From assembly GCA_030668875.1 (NCBI GenBank), contig DAOVER010000007.1, positions 30,001 to 62,000 on the forward strand: 32,000 nucleotides of DNA, read 5' to 3'. Made by a program: the position numbers and the translations under genes. The notes under the pieces were generated by a model. It ran no database searches and was not told where the DNA came from. It saw nothing but the letters and a program-made list of their open reading frames with translations. This document shows positions 8,823 to 18,028 of this stretch, piece by piece (position 1 is the stretch's first letter; the number at the start of each line of letters is the position of its first letter). This DNA comes from Candidatus Heimdallarchaeota archaeon. GTDB lineage: Archaea; Asgardarchaeota; Heimdallarchaeia; Heimdallarchaeales; Heimdallarchaeaceae.

Positions 8823-10340
8823 TCATTCATATTCTATCGTGCCCGGAGGTTTAGATGTAATATCATATAGAACTCTATTGATACCCGGAACTTTGTTTAT
8901 AAGCTGATTTGATATTTCTTCTAACACTTCATAAGGTAATTTGCTCCAATCAGCTGTCATTGCGTCAAGTGATTCAACTGCTCGAACAGTTAGCATATAT
9001 TCATATGTTCTTTTATCTCCCATAACGCCAACTGATTTTATAGGTATGAGCGCAGGAAACACTTGCCAAAGGGAATCATATAGTCCATTTTCCTCAATGA
9101 TTTGATGAACTACCACGTCTGCTTTCTTTAAAATTTCAAGACGATCTTTTGTGATGTCACCTAAAATTCTAATGGCTAACCCTGGCCCAGGGAAAGGATG
9201 ACGATTAATGAATTTCATGGGTATATCCAGCATCCTACCTATTTTTCTAACTTCATCCTTATAGAGATCATTAAGTGGTTCTATAATCTTAAGAGACATT
9301 TTTTCAGGAAGACCACCAACATTATGGTGTGATTTGATAACATTTGCATGCTGGCTAGGTTGAGCACTCTCAATTCTATCTGGATAAATGGTACCCTGTC
9401 CGAGGAAATCGAAACTTCCTATTTTAGTAGCATTTTCCTCAAAAACTTCTATAAACAGTTTACCTATTATTTTGCGTTTCTTCTCAGGATCTATAACTCC
9501 CTCAAGAGCTTTTACAAATCTCTCTTCCTCGTTCACGACAACGAAATTTCCTACACCTAAATCAGAGAAGATTGTCTTGACTTCTTCTGTGTCATAATCT
9601 CTCATTAATCCAGTATCAACATAAATGAAGTGAGAATCAATGTCTGCTCTAGAAAGCATAACTGCCGCTACGGTGCTATCGACACCGCCACTCACTCCCA
9701 TAATTACTTTCTTTTCTCCCACAGTTGCTTTAATTTCATCTAGTTTTTCTTCTACCCATCCTTCCAATTTCCATTCCCTTTTACAATTAACTATTTTTAG
9801 AAAATTATCTAGAACTTTTGTACCATTAGTTGTATGAACAACTTCAGGATGAAATTGAACTCCAAAGATTTTCCTTTCGAGATTTTGATAAGCAGCTATA
9901 TCACAGATATCTGTACTTCCTATAGTTTCAAAACCTTCAGGTAAGATTTTAACTTCATCAAAGTGCGACATCCAAGCTCTCTCTTCTTCCTCTAATCCCT
10001 CAAAGAGAGCTGATAATAGATTGAGTTTAACCATTTTTCTTCCATATTCTCTCTCCTTCCCAAGGTTTACATCTCCTCCCAATGATTGAGCAATCATTTG
10101 ATGACCATAACATATGCCCAAAACTGGAACGCTTACCTTATTAAAAAAATTATTTGGTAATTTGGGTGATTCTTCCCTGTATACATCACCTGGACCACCA
10201 GATAGAATAAATCCATTATATTCCTCTGTAGGTTCATAGATTATTTCTGCATAAACTCCTAGATCACGTACCCTTCTAGCAATCAGATGACAGTATTGTC
10301 CACCAAAGTCAAAGATACCAATTTTATCCATATCCTTCAT
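8823..10340 (-). CDS. guaA: GMP synthase, single-chain (GATase + ATP pyrophosphatase)
   Basis: DFGGQY, SGGP, GICYGHQ, QFHPEV, SGGVDS, QGTIYPD, IKSHHNVGGLP, RHPFPGPGL, DITSKPPGTIE. Start may be 10331. Confidence 0.97.
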   Translation of the reverse strand: MKDMDKIGIFDFGGQYCHLIARRVRDLGVYAEIIYEPTEEYNGFILSGGPGDVYREESPKLPNNFFNKVSVPVLGICYGHQMIAQSLGGDVNLGKEREYGRKMVKLNLLSALFEGLEEEERAWMSHFDEVKILPEGFETIGSTDICDIAAYQNLERKIFGVQFHPEVVHTTNGTKVLDNFLKIVNCKREWKLEGWVEEKLDEIKATVGEKKVIMGVSGGVDSTVAAVMLSRADIDSHFIYVDTGLMRDYDTEEVKTIFSDLGVGNFVVVNEEERFVKALEGVIDPEKKRKIIGKLFIEVFEENATKIGSFDFLGQGTIYPDRIESAQPSQHANVIKSHHNVGGLPEKMSLKIIEPLNDLYKDEVRKIGRMLDIPMKFINRHPFPGPGLAIRILGDITKDRLEILKKADVVVHQIIEENGLYDSLWQVFPALIPIKSVGVMGDKRTYEYMLTVRAVESLDAMTADWSKLPYEVLEEISNQLINKVPGINRVLYDITSKPPGTIEYE

Positions 10341-10352
10341 GTCCTAAATCAT

Positions 10353-11357
10353 TTAAGTTAAGAGTTCCTTTAATCTTCTTTGGCCCATTGCTTGCTTTAT
10401 CTCTCTACATATTCTTCGAGCCATACTCATGTCCTCATCAAATAGAAAACGTGAATAAGGTGAACCGTTAACATAGAGAGTTGTGCCAGCTACTATCCTA
10501 CTTGTAAATTCAAAAGCCACAATTTCCTCTGAAGTAATTGCCAATTCTATGCAGAAAGGACCTAATAAGCCAGGAGGGAACAATTTTGCAGCTGCTTCCA
10601 TTAATCTATCTCCACAATCAAGTAGTTCTGGGACTAATGATTCTCTTGCAATAAGAGGTTGGTTGCCAACTACTTTATAGCTGGGTTTTATTTTGAAATT
10701 ATTTTGAGATAATCTACCTAAAGCATCCGCATTTGTTTCGTATCTCCTATCGATTCCAAGCATTTCTACTCTATTATGAATGACAGAATGGAAATAATGA
10801 GGATACATTGTAACACCTGTGATATATTCTTGAATTTGTGCTGATTTGGCAGCATCTTCAGAGATTGAATCTGTTGAAAGTAGTTCAGCTATTTGTTGTT
10901 CATATTCAGAGTGAGAGGAACATAGGAAATAGCCTAGTCCTCCTTTTGCACCAGGAAACTTAACAATTGATAACCTATCAATTTTATCTGAACTATATGT
11001 CTTTGGAGTTCTGATATTGGCTTCTTTTAACAACTGATGATTTTTGTCTCTTACCATCTCCCAGTGCATTCCTTCTTTATTGCCAAAGACAGGAATCTGA
11101 ATATCAAGAGCTCTTTTTCCAAGAGTTGCAATGAGAGTTCCATGAGGCACAAAAATTTCATTCAAATCAGGTTCTTGAGTTAGTAAATCATCATAAGAAC
11201 CAAGCGTTACAATTTCTTGTGCTACAGGATATCTTTTGTACAGATCTTCTTTCCCTTTAATACAATAGACCTTTGTATTGAACCCTTCTTGTTTAGCTCC
11301 ATACAGAATTTGAAGGGCAGAATGACTGCCAATTGTTGAGATTATCAATATACTCAA
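10353..11357 (-). CDS. purP: PurP (formate-dependent FAICAR synthetase, ATP-grasp), short Pyrococcus PF1517-like form
   Basis: GSHSALQIL.GAK.EGF, GAKGG.GYF, IQEY..G...YPHYF, IDRRYE, GNQP...RESL, GPFC, RIVAGT, NGSPY. Confidence 0.9.
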   Translation of the reverse strand: MSILIISTIGSHSALQILYGAKQEGFNTKVYCIKGKEDLYKRYPVAQEIVTLGSYDDLLTQEPDLNEIFVPHGTLIATLGKRALDIQIPVFGNKEGMHWEMVRDKNHQLLKEANIRTPKTYSSDKIDRLSIVKFPGAKGGLGYFLCSSHSEYEQQIAELLSTDSISEDAAKSAQIQEYITGVTMYPHYFHSVIHNRVEMLGIDRRYETNADALGRLSQNNFKIKPSYKVVGNQPLIARESLVPELLDCGDRLMEAAAKLFPPGLLGPFCIELAITSEEIVAFEFTSRIVAGTTLYVNGSPYSRFLFDEDMSMARRICREIKQAMGQRRLKELLT

Positions 11358-11532
11358 GGAAACGCGAAAGAAATTGCTTTTTAATTTTTTAGTTTAGTGT
11401 ATATTTTAAGTTGCTTCGATTTGGCGTGAAATTGAGTTGGAATGAAGTTTAACGTGAGAATAACTATTTAGTTCATGCAACTGATGTTTGCAAAACTATG
11501 TAAAACATGCTTATTCTTGCTTAACTTCAGAT

Positions 11533-11570
11533 AAAGTCAACATAGATTTTATTTAAGTCATGTTGATTTT
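11533..11570. repeat. Inverted repeat (10/11 bp arms, 16-nt spacer) just after the purP-like stop codon
   Basis: AAAGTCAACAT (11533-11543) and ATGTTGATTTT (11560-11570). Confidence 0.55.
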
Positions 11571-11571
11571 T

Positions 11572-12654
11572 CTATGTTAGGATGTATTCTAATCTACTAT
11601 ATTCTATTGCCTCTTTTATCTCCATGCTCACTCTTTTACCTGCAGAAGTTGGTTGTCCCCAATATACTGCAGAATATTGACTACCAATTCCCATAAAGCT
11701 ATTTGTTCCTCCACCCATTCTTGTGGATACATCAAAGACGATAAATTCATAATCTTTAGTAATCATCGTTTGCAAGGCAAAAGGTCCTATCATCCCTGGA
11801 GGATAAAGATGTTTTGTAGCATCAACAAAATAGTCACCCATGGGATAAACTTTTCTTAACATTGATTCTCTTAAGGTAACTGCATAGTTTCCAATCTCTT
11901 TCATTTCTTCATCAAAACCCATCTTGATTTGTTGATTAGCAGGTAATCTGACAATTCCATCTAGGTCAGTAACAAATCTTCTATCTATACCTAATAATTC
12001 TGTTCTTTTGAATAATGGTGAATAGAAGAAGTTAAAGTTGAAAGTAACTCCAGAGATGAATTCTTCAATAGATGCCTTGTGCAAATCTTTCTCAAGAATT
12101 GATCCATTTTCTATTCGCTTTTCTAGTTCTTCCTCAAAATCCTCACGATTCTTAGCCACAAAGAACCCTCTCTCTACTCTCTGTTTTGCATGATGAATTT
12201 TACATATGACTGGTCCATCGATTTCTTTAGCATTCTTGTAAACTTTTGGGTATCGAATATTAGCTTCTTCAAGTATTCTATAGTAGTTGTGATATCCTGT
12301 TCTCTCTTCAGTCTTTAATAACTCCCGACTACCAAAAATAGGCACTCTGAATTCTCTTTCTATTCTATTAAACCCACAATAAACAACAAAAGATCTGTTA
12401 GGAATAAAAATGCAATTCTTCTCGATCAACTGCTCTTGAATGTCAAATATATCTGAAAAATTGTCTACTACGATCATGTCATCAATAATTCTATTATATC
12501 TTGTGTAGGGTTCTTCTCTCCCCTTTTCGACAATAACAACAGTTTTGAATCCAACTCGTTTTGCTCCATCTAGAACATCTAAAGCTGAATGCGAACCTAT
12601 AACTCCAATAGTTATATCTTCTTGATTGTAACTCTCTAATACCTCTGTAATCAT
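11572..12654 (-). CDS. PurP-like ATP-grasp paralog (second PurP subfamily)
   Basis: GSHSALD..DGAK..GF, PNRSF, ERGFF, IEEF..G..FNFNFFYSP, IDRR, GPFALQ, RMGGGTN; GGTGA RBS. Confidence 0.88.
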   Translation of the reverse strand: MITEVLESYNQEDITIGVIGSHSALDVLDGAKRVGFKTVVIVEKGREEPYTRYNRIIDDMIVVDNFSDIFDIQEQLIEKNCIFIPNRSFVVYCGFNRIEREFRVPIFGSRELLKTEERTGYHNYYRILEEANIRYPKVYKNAKEIDGPVICKIHHAKQRVERGFFVAKNREDFEEELEKRIENGSILEKDLHKASIEEFISGVTFNFNFFYSPLFKRTELLGIDRRFVTDLDGIVRLPANQQIKMGFDEEMKEIGNYAVTLRESMLRKVYPMGDYFVDATKHLYPPGMIGPFALQTMITKDYEFIVFDVSTRMGGGTNSFMGIGSQYSAVYWGQPTSAGKRVSMEIKEAIEYSRLEYILT

Positions 12655-12671
12655 TTTATCACCTAATTTAG

Positions 12672-13451
12672 TTAAGTGTCCTCTGGATAAGATTTTAGTA
12701 CCTTGAATGGAATTCTATTGAGTTCTGTTATCTTTCCCCAGTGCTTGCCAACGCCAGCAAGGATTATTACTTTGATTGGAACGCCACTTGAACGACGAAC
12801 AAGTTCAACTAATGCTTTTTGAGTTGATCCTGATCTAATTACATCATCAACAATCAATACTCGTTCATCATGTTTAATGAATTTTTCAGGAAGATAAATT
12901 GTTTCAACTCTTCCAGAAGTCATAGATTGAATGTCCTCAGCAATACATTCAGTTGTTCCCAAAGGTTTTTTCCTACGAGCATATACACAATCTATGTTGA
13001 GTAAATGTGCTAACGTCAGTGCAACAGGTATTCCATCCACTTCAGCTGTTATTATCTTATCCACATCTCTTGGGATAATGCCTTGTTGAATGGCTAAAAA
13101 TAGAATAGCTTTCAGTGTTTTTGAATCATTCAGCAAGTATGTATTATTTACAGCTGTATTGCCAAAACTATCTGTCCATTCATGAATATGACTGCCAATT
13201 AGACTTTTAATTGTTAAACCTAGATCTTTATTTCCTATCAAAACCTTGAGAATTTCACTTTTCAATTTTGATTTAGGCAAAGCTTTCCCATTAATATATC
13301 GTGATAGATTAGCAATAGAAACTTCAACATCTGATTTTGCTAAATAATCTTTCATAGATTCCAATGTTTCAAACCCTTTGAAAGCCATTTTTAGAAGGTT
13401 AAGAGTCATCAACTTTTCTTGAGCATCAATATAACTTTCTGCTGAACTCAT
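12672..13451 (-). CDS. HTH + phosphoribosyltransferase-domain transcriptional regulator (PurR-like PRPP sensor)
   Basis: N-terminal HTH-like LSRYINGKALP; C-terminal TAEVDGIP and VLIVDDVIRSGST PRPP loop; divergent from the pur operon. Confidence 0.8.
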   Translation of the reverse strand: MSSAESYIDAQEKLMTLNLLKMAFKGFETLESMKDYLAKSDVEVSIANLSRYINGKALPKSKLKSEILKVLIGNKDLGLTIKSLIGSHIHEWTDSFGNTAVNNTYLLNDSKTLKAILFLAIQQGIIPRDVDKIITAEVDGIPVALTLAHLLNIDCVYARRKKPLGTTECIAEDIQSMTSGRVETIYLPEKFIKHDERVLIVDDVIRSGSTQKALVELVRRSSGVPIKVIILAGVGKHWGKITELNRIPFKVLKSYPEDT

Positions 13452-13545
13452 TGATACAACGAATTTCTTTTCAAGTAATATATTTTTGGTTGAGCACTAG
13501 AATTATGTTAAAACTACAGTAAAACCTCCATGTATTTTTAAGTAG

Positions 13546-13578
13546 TTTATAAAGACTAATTTGCATTACATTGCAATG
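13546..13578 (+). promoter_or_regulatory. TATA-like TTTATAAA followed by perfect palindrome CATTGCAATG (candidate promoter/operator)
   Basis: TTTATAAA at 13546-13553; palindrome at 13569-13578, at about the expected transcription-start distance. Confidence 0.5.
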
Positions 13579-13601
13579 CGGTCTATTACACAGTCTGCTT
13601 A

Positions 13602-13633
13602 CCTCCCACCAGATATTTCTACCACCATATATT
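13602..13633. repeat. Tandem imperfect 16-bp direct repeat
   Basis: CCTCCCACCAGATATT / TCTACCACCATATATT, 13/16 identical. Confidence 0.6.
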
Positions 13634-13747
13634 CTTCATTTGTTCTAACACCGTTTAGTAGTAAAATTTATTAATGATGTCCGATTTTGGTTGCAGATAC
13701 AGACAGCTAACTGTTTGCATTATGGTGTAAAAACGGGGATATTTGCA

Positions 13748-14749
13748 TTGGTAACTTATTCTGGGAAAGCAAAAGATGTTGTAGTATTGAATGATAAAGA
13801 AGTTCAGATTATTTTTCGAGATTCTATATCTGCTTTTGATGGTGTTAAAAAGGAAGAGTTAGCTGAAAAAGGAATAATTAACTGCCTTACATCTGTAAAA
13901 CTGTTTGAAATTCTGGATGAGTATGGATTCAACACACATTTCATATCAAAAATAAGTGATTCGAAATTGCTTTGCAAAAAAGTAACAATATTGCCTGTTG
14001 AAGTTGTATGCAGAAATATTAGTGCTGGTAGTTTTTGTAGAAGATATGGTTTTGAAGAAGGCATTAAATTTAAGCAACCATTAATTGAGTTTTTCGTGAA
14101 GGATGATGAACACCATGATCCACTAATAACAGAGTCAGTTGCTGTTCAAATGAAACTCATTACAGATAATGAAGCTATTTTAATGGAAGCTATTACAAGG
14201 GCAGTGAATGAGGTTCTACTAAAGATATTTGATTTAATCTCCCTACAACTTGTAGATTTCAAACTTGAATTTGGAAGAACTACTGAAGGTCAATTATTAC
14301 TTGCCGATGAGATTTCAGCAGATACTATGAGATTATGGGAGAAAAAAACAGGGGAGAAAAAAGATAAGGATAGGTATAGACAAGAACTTGGAGATGTTAT
14401 AGTTCATTATAAGGATATTCTGGATCGACTAAATTCAATTCAAAAGCTTCCGAATTATAAGCCTTTGAGTACAGCTCGAGTGATTATAAAACTAAGAAAG
14501 TCTGTTCTTGATCCTGCAGGTGAAGTGACATTTCGTTCTCTTTCCAGAAAAGGTTTCAAAAGAATTGAGTCAGTGAGGTTGGGTAAAAGTGCAGAGATTG
14601 CGTTCAATGCGGTCCCTTCATCTGAATTGCAAACAGAGATAGAAGAGATTTCAGCAAAGATTCTATCCAATCCTCTTATAGAGGATTTTGATTTAACAAT
14701 ACGACATCATTTAGAAAAAAGTGAAAAAGAACACGTTAAAGAAGAATAG
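13748..14749 (+). CDS. purC: SAICAR synthetase fused in frame to PurS (FGAM synthetase subunit)
   Basis: PurC: YSGKAK, SAFDG, PVEVVCRN, EFFVKDD, DFKLEFG, ADEIS.DT.RLW, DKD.YR. PurS from about 14468: VIIKL...VLDPAG...L...GF..I..VRLGK...ILSNPLIEDF. Probable TTG start at 13748 after GGGGAT (ORF track starts at 13691). Confidence 0.92.
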   Translation: MVTYSGKAKDVVVLNDKEVQIIFRDSISAFDGVKKEELAEKGIINCLTSVKLFEILDEYGFNTHFISKISDSKLLCKKVTILPVEVVCRNISAGSFCRRYGFEEGIKFKQPLIEFFVKDDEHHDPLITESVAVQMKLITDNEAILMEAITRAVNEVLLKIFDLISLQLVDFKLEFGRTTEGQLLLADEISADTMRLWEKKTGEKKDKDRYRQELGDVIVHYKDILDRLNSIQKLPNYKPLSTARVIIKLRKSVLDPAGEVTFRSLSRKGFKRIESVRLGKSAEIAFNAVPSSELQTEIEEISAKILSNPLIEDFDLTIRHHLEKSEKEHVKEE

Positions 14750-14757
14750 GTGACTAT

Positions 14758-15444
14758 ATGCGAATTGGAATCACCAAATTTCCGGGAACTAATAATGAAC
14801 AAGATGTTCTCAGAGCATTGAGTATTTTAGATGTTAAGGGTGAACTAATTTATCCTTGGGATGATAAGAAACTGGAAAATTTGGATGCTTTAGTTATAGC
14901 AGGTGGTTTTTCTTATGGAGACTACCTAAGACCTGGTGGCATAGCTGCTCAATCTCCAGTAGCGGAAAAACTAATCGATTTTGAAAAAAATGGTAAGTTT
15001 ATCATAGGTATATGTAACGGTTTCCAAATTTTATGTGAAACAAAAATTCTTCCGGGCGTGCTGACAACTAATCTATCAACTAAGTTTATCTGTAAGTGGA
15101 TAAATATCAAAACTGAGAATTCCCAAAGTCCCCTTTTACAAAATTTAGAATCAATAATTAAGATTCCAATTGCTCATTATGAAGGTAGATATTATCATGA
15201 TTCAAATGGAATCAAGAAAATAAATGACGATGATTCTGTAGCTTTTCGTTATTGTAATGAACATGGTGAGATTACTCAAAAAAGTAATCCTAATGGATCA
15301 TTGGAAAATATTGCTGGTATCACAAATACCAAAGGTAACGTTTTGGGTATGATGCCACATCCTGAACGAGCTAGTTTTGATTATTTAGGCTCGGATACTG
15401 GAAGACAAATCTTTGCAAATTTAATAGAGGAAATAAAATGCTAA
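14758..15444 (+). CDS. purQ: FGAM synthetase glutaminase subunit
   Basis: FPGTN, GGFSYGDYLR.G, GICNGFQ, PIAH.EG, NPNGS, GMMPHPER; GGTGA RBS. Confidence 0.96.
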   Translation: MRIGITKFPGTNNEQDVLRALSILDVKGELIYPWDDKKLENLDALVIAGGFSYGDYLRPGGIAAQSPVAEKLIDFEKNGKFIIGICNGFQILCETKILPGVLTTNLSTKFICKWINIKTENSQSPLLQNLESIIKIPIAHYEGRYYHDSNGIKKINDDDSVAFRYCNEHGEITQKSNPNGSLENIAGITNTKGNVLGMMPHPERASFDYLGSDTGRQIFANLIEEIKC

Positions 15445-17615
15445 CAACAGAAGAATATAGTAAAATTCTTGATGTATTAGAAAGAGAGCCCAATAAGGGA
15501 GAAGTAGCTGTTTTTGAAGCTATGTGGTCTGAACACTGCTCTTACAAATCTTCCAAGAGATGGTTTCACCTGTTCAACGAAAAAGCCCCATATATCGAGC
15601 TTGGGATTGGAGAAGGTGCGGGTTTAATAAATCTTGGAGATGATTTACTTGTTGGTTTAGGATTAGAAAGCCATAATCATCCATCTGCAATTTCACCCTA
15701 TGATGGTGCTGCAACAGGTGTTGGTGGTATTATTAGAGATATACTATCTCAGGGATGTAAACCAATCGCTGTTCTAGATGCTATTAGATTTGGCAATATA
15801 GAAAAATCTCAACACTCTCAGTATCTTTTGGAGAACGTTGTTAGAGGTATTTCGTTCTATGGTAATTGTTGTGGAATTCCTACAGTTGGAGGAGAAGTAG
15901 AGTTTGCACCACAATTTGAACATAATTGTTTGGTAAATGCAATGTGTGTTGGAGTGGTTCAGAAAAACAAGGTAGTGAGAAGTATGGCTACAAAGCTAGG
16001 ATCATTTCTTGTTCTCTATGGAGCAAGAACTGGAAGAGATGGGATACATGGTGTTTCTTTTGCTTCCAAAGATTTGAGCGATAAGAGTGATAGGGATCGA
16101 CCAGCCGTTCAAATTGGGGATCCTTTAATGGAGAAAATACTAATTGATGTTACTTTAGAGTTAGTAGAAAAAGAGCTTCTTGAAGGATTGCAAGATCTAG
16201 GAGGAGGGGGATTGAGCTGTGCTGTATCTGAAATGGCACACAAAGGAAATACTGGTGCAATAATCAGGTTGGAAGACGTTCATCTAAGAGAAGATGATAT
16301 GCTACCTTGGGAAATATTGGTTTCTGAATCTCAAGAAAGAATGTTAGCTGTAGTTGAACCTGATAAATTAGATGAAGTTGTAAGTATTCTAGACAAACAG
16401 GATTTAACCTATGGAGTAATTGGTGAAGTTACAGATAATAGCCATTGTATTGCATATTTTAGAGGAGAAAAAATTATTAATTTACCAGTTGAATTAATAG
16501 TTGATGGTTTTCCAGAACCTGAAAGGATTGCAGAAAAACCAAGCTACTTGGATGAAGAAGATTTTCTTATTCCTAAAATTGAAGATATAAAGCACGAAAT
16601 TCTCAAACTTCTATCCTCTCCAAATATTGGAAGCAAAGCTTGGGTGTATCAACAGTATGATCAGCATGTTCAAACGCAAACAGTTGTTCCCGCTGGATCT
16701 GATTCAGCTGTTTTGAGACTTGATAATGGGAAATACGTTGCTCTCTCGTTAGATTGTAATTCATTTATGGTTTATCTCGATCCATATAATGGAACCGCAA
16801 ATAGTGCAACTGAAGCAATGAGAAATTTAATTGCAACTGGAGCGAAACCATTAGCATTTGTGGATTGCTTGAATTTTGGTAATCCAGAACATCCTGATTC
16901 TTATTGGCAATTCGTTGAATCAATAAAGGGTTTAGGGCAATTCTCGCACGATTTTAATATTCCTGTTGTTGGAGGAAATGTTTCCTTGTATAATGAAAGT
17001 TTCATTGAAGATAAGAGAGAAAGAATAAACCCCACACCTACAATAGGAATGATTGGTATCATTGAAAATCCAGAAAAATTGATAAAAAACAACTTTCAAG
17101 AAAAAGGAACCTTTGTTGTGAGTATCGGAGAGTGCGACGGTAATCTTAATGGTTCCGAATTTTTAAGAAATAATTTTGGAATTCTTCAAGGAAAAATATC
17201 ACAATATGATAAAAAGAACGAAGAATCTTCTCGAAAAGCTATTGAAAATTTAAATCAAGCAGGATATATTAAGAGTTGTCACGACATCTCAAATGGAGGT
17301 CTAATTACAGCTTTAGCAGAAATGACTTTTAAAAATGAAATTGGTGTGAAATTAGATTTATTAGACAATGACTCCTTTAAAATACTCAAACCAGAAGAAT
17401 TTCTTTTTGCTGAAACACCTTCAAGATATATTATAGAAATATCATCAGAGTACATTGAAGGTGCATCCAAAATGATTGAAGGTAAGGTTTCTTTTAGCAT
17501 TCTAGGAAAAACTATTACTAAACAAAAAATAGAGATTGAGAATTTTCTTTCTATGGACATTAAACAGCTGAAAAATGCGTGGAAAAAAACTATTTCACAA
17601 TATATGGAGAACTAA
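15438..17615 (+). CDS. purL: FGAM synthetase, small PurL
   Basis: [62 protein letters not shown]. Confidence 0.97.
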   Translation: MLTTEEYSKILDVLEREPNKGEVAVFEAMWSEHCSYKSSKRWFHLFNEKAPYIELGIGEGAGLINLGDDLLVGLGLESHNHPSAISPYDGAATGVGGIIRDILSQGCKPIAVLDAIRFGNIEKSQHSQYLLENVVRGISFYGNCCGIPTVGGEVEFAPQFEHNCLVNAMCVGVVQKNKVVRSMATKLGSFLVLYGARTGRDGIHGVSFASKDLSDKSDRDRPAVQIGDPLMEKILIDVTLELVEKELLEGLQDLGGGGLSCAVSEMAHKGNTGAIIRLEDVHLREDDMLPWEILVSESQERMLAVVEPDKLDEVVSILDKQDLTYGVIGEVTDNSHCIAYFRGEKIINLPVELIVDGFPEPERIAEKPSYLDEEDFLIPKIEDIKHEILKLLSSPNIGSKAWVYQQYDQHVQTQTVVPAGSDSAVLRLDNGKYVALSLDCNSFMVYLDPYNGTANSATEAMRNLIATGAKPLAFVDCLNFGNPEHPDSYWQFVESIKGLGQFSHDFNIPVVGGNVSLYNESFIEDKRERINPTPTIGMIGIIENPEKLIKNNFQEKGTFVVSIGECDGNLNGSEFLRNNFGILQGKISQYDKKNEESSRKAIENLNQAGYIKSCHDISNGGLITALAEMTFKNEIGVKLDLLDNDSFKILKPEEFLFAETPSRYIIEISSEYIEGASKMIEGKVSFSILGKTITKQKIEIENFLSMDIKQLKNAWKKTISQYMEN

Positions 17616-17617
17616 AG

Positions 17618-18028
17618 ATGATTGATATTATAGCAGGAAGCAAAAGTGATGAAAAGATTGTACAGAAAGCAGTAACAATCTTAGAAAAGAATGGAACATC
17701 ATTCAATGTTTATTATATCTCAGCACACAGAGAGCATGATAAATTGGTAGAGACAATTAAAGCATCTTCATCAGATGTTTTTATTTGTATAGCTGGTTTA
17801 GCAGCAGCGTTACCAGGAGTAGTAGCATCTTTAACTGACAAACCTGTAATAGGTGTGCCTGTTTCTGCTACCTTAAACGGATTAGATGCGTTACTATCTA
17901 TGGTCCAAATGCCTAAGGGGGTACCAGTTGCAACCGTAGGAATTGATAATGGTCAAAATGCTGCTCATTTAGCTATTAGAATTTTACAATTAAAAAGAAA
18001 GGAAGGAATAAGTGAAAAGAATGACTGA
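17618..18028 (+). CDS. purE: PurE (N5-CAIR mutase / AIR carboxylase)
   Basis: [43 protein letters not shown] at 17618 follows the purL stop. Confidence 0.94.
   Translation: MIDIIAGSKSDEKIVQKAVTILEKNGTSFNVYYISAHREHDKLVETIKASSSDVFICIAGLAAALPGVVASLTDKPVIGVPVSATLNGLDALLSMVQMPKGVPVATVGIDNGQNAAHLAIRILQLKRKEGISEKND

Noticed and set aside
13470-13640. Leader-peptide attenuation via MKNIWW* or a 31-aa minus-strand ORF upstream of the regulator
   Set aside because: No link between Trp and purine control, no terminator/antiterminator seen, and tiny ORFs arise easily by chance.
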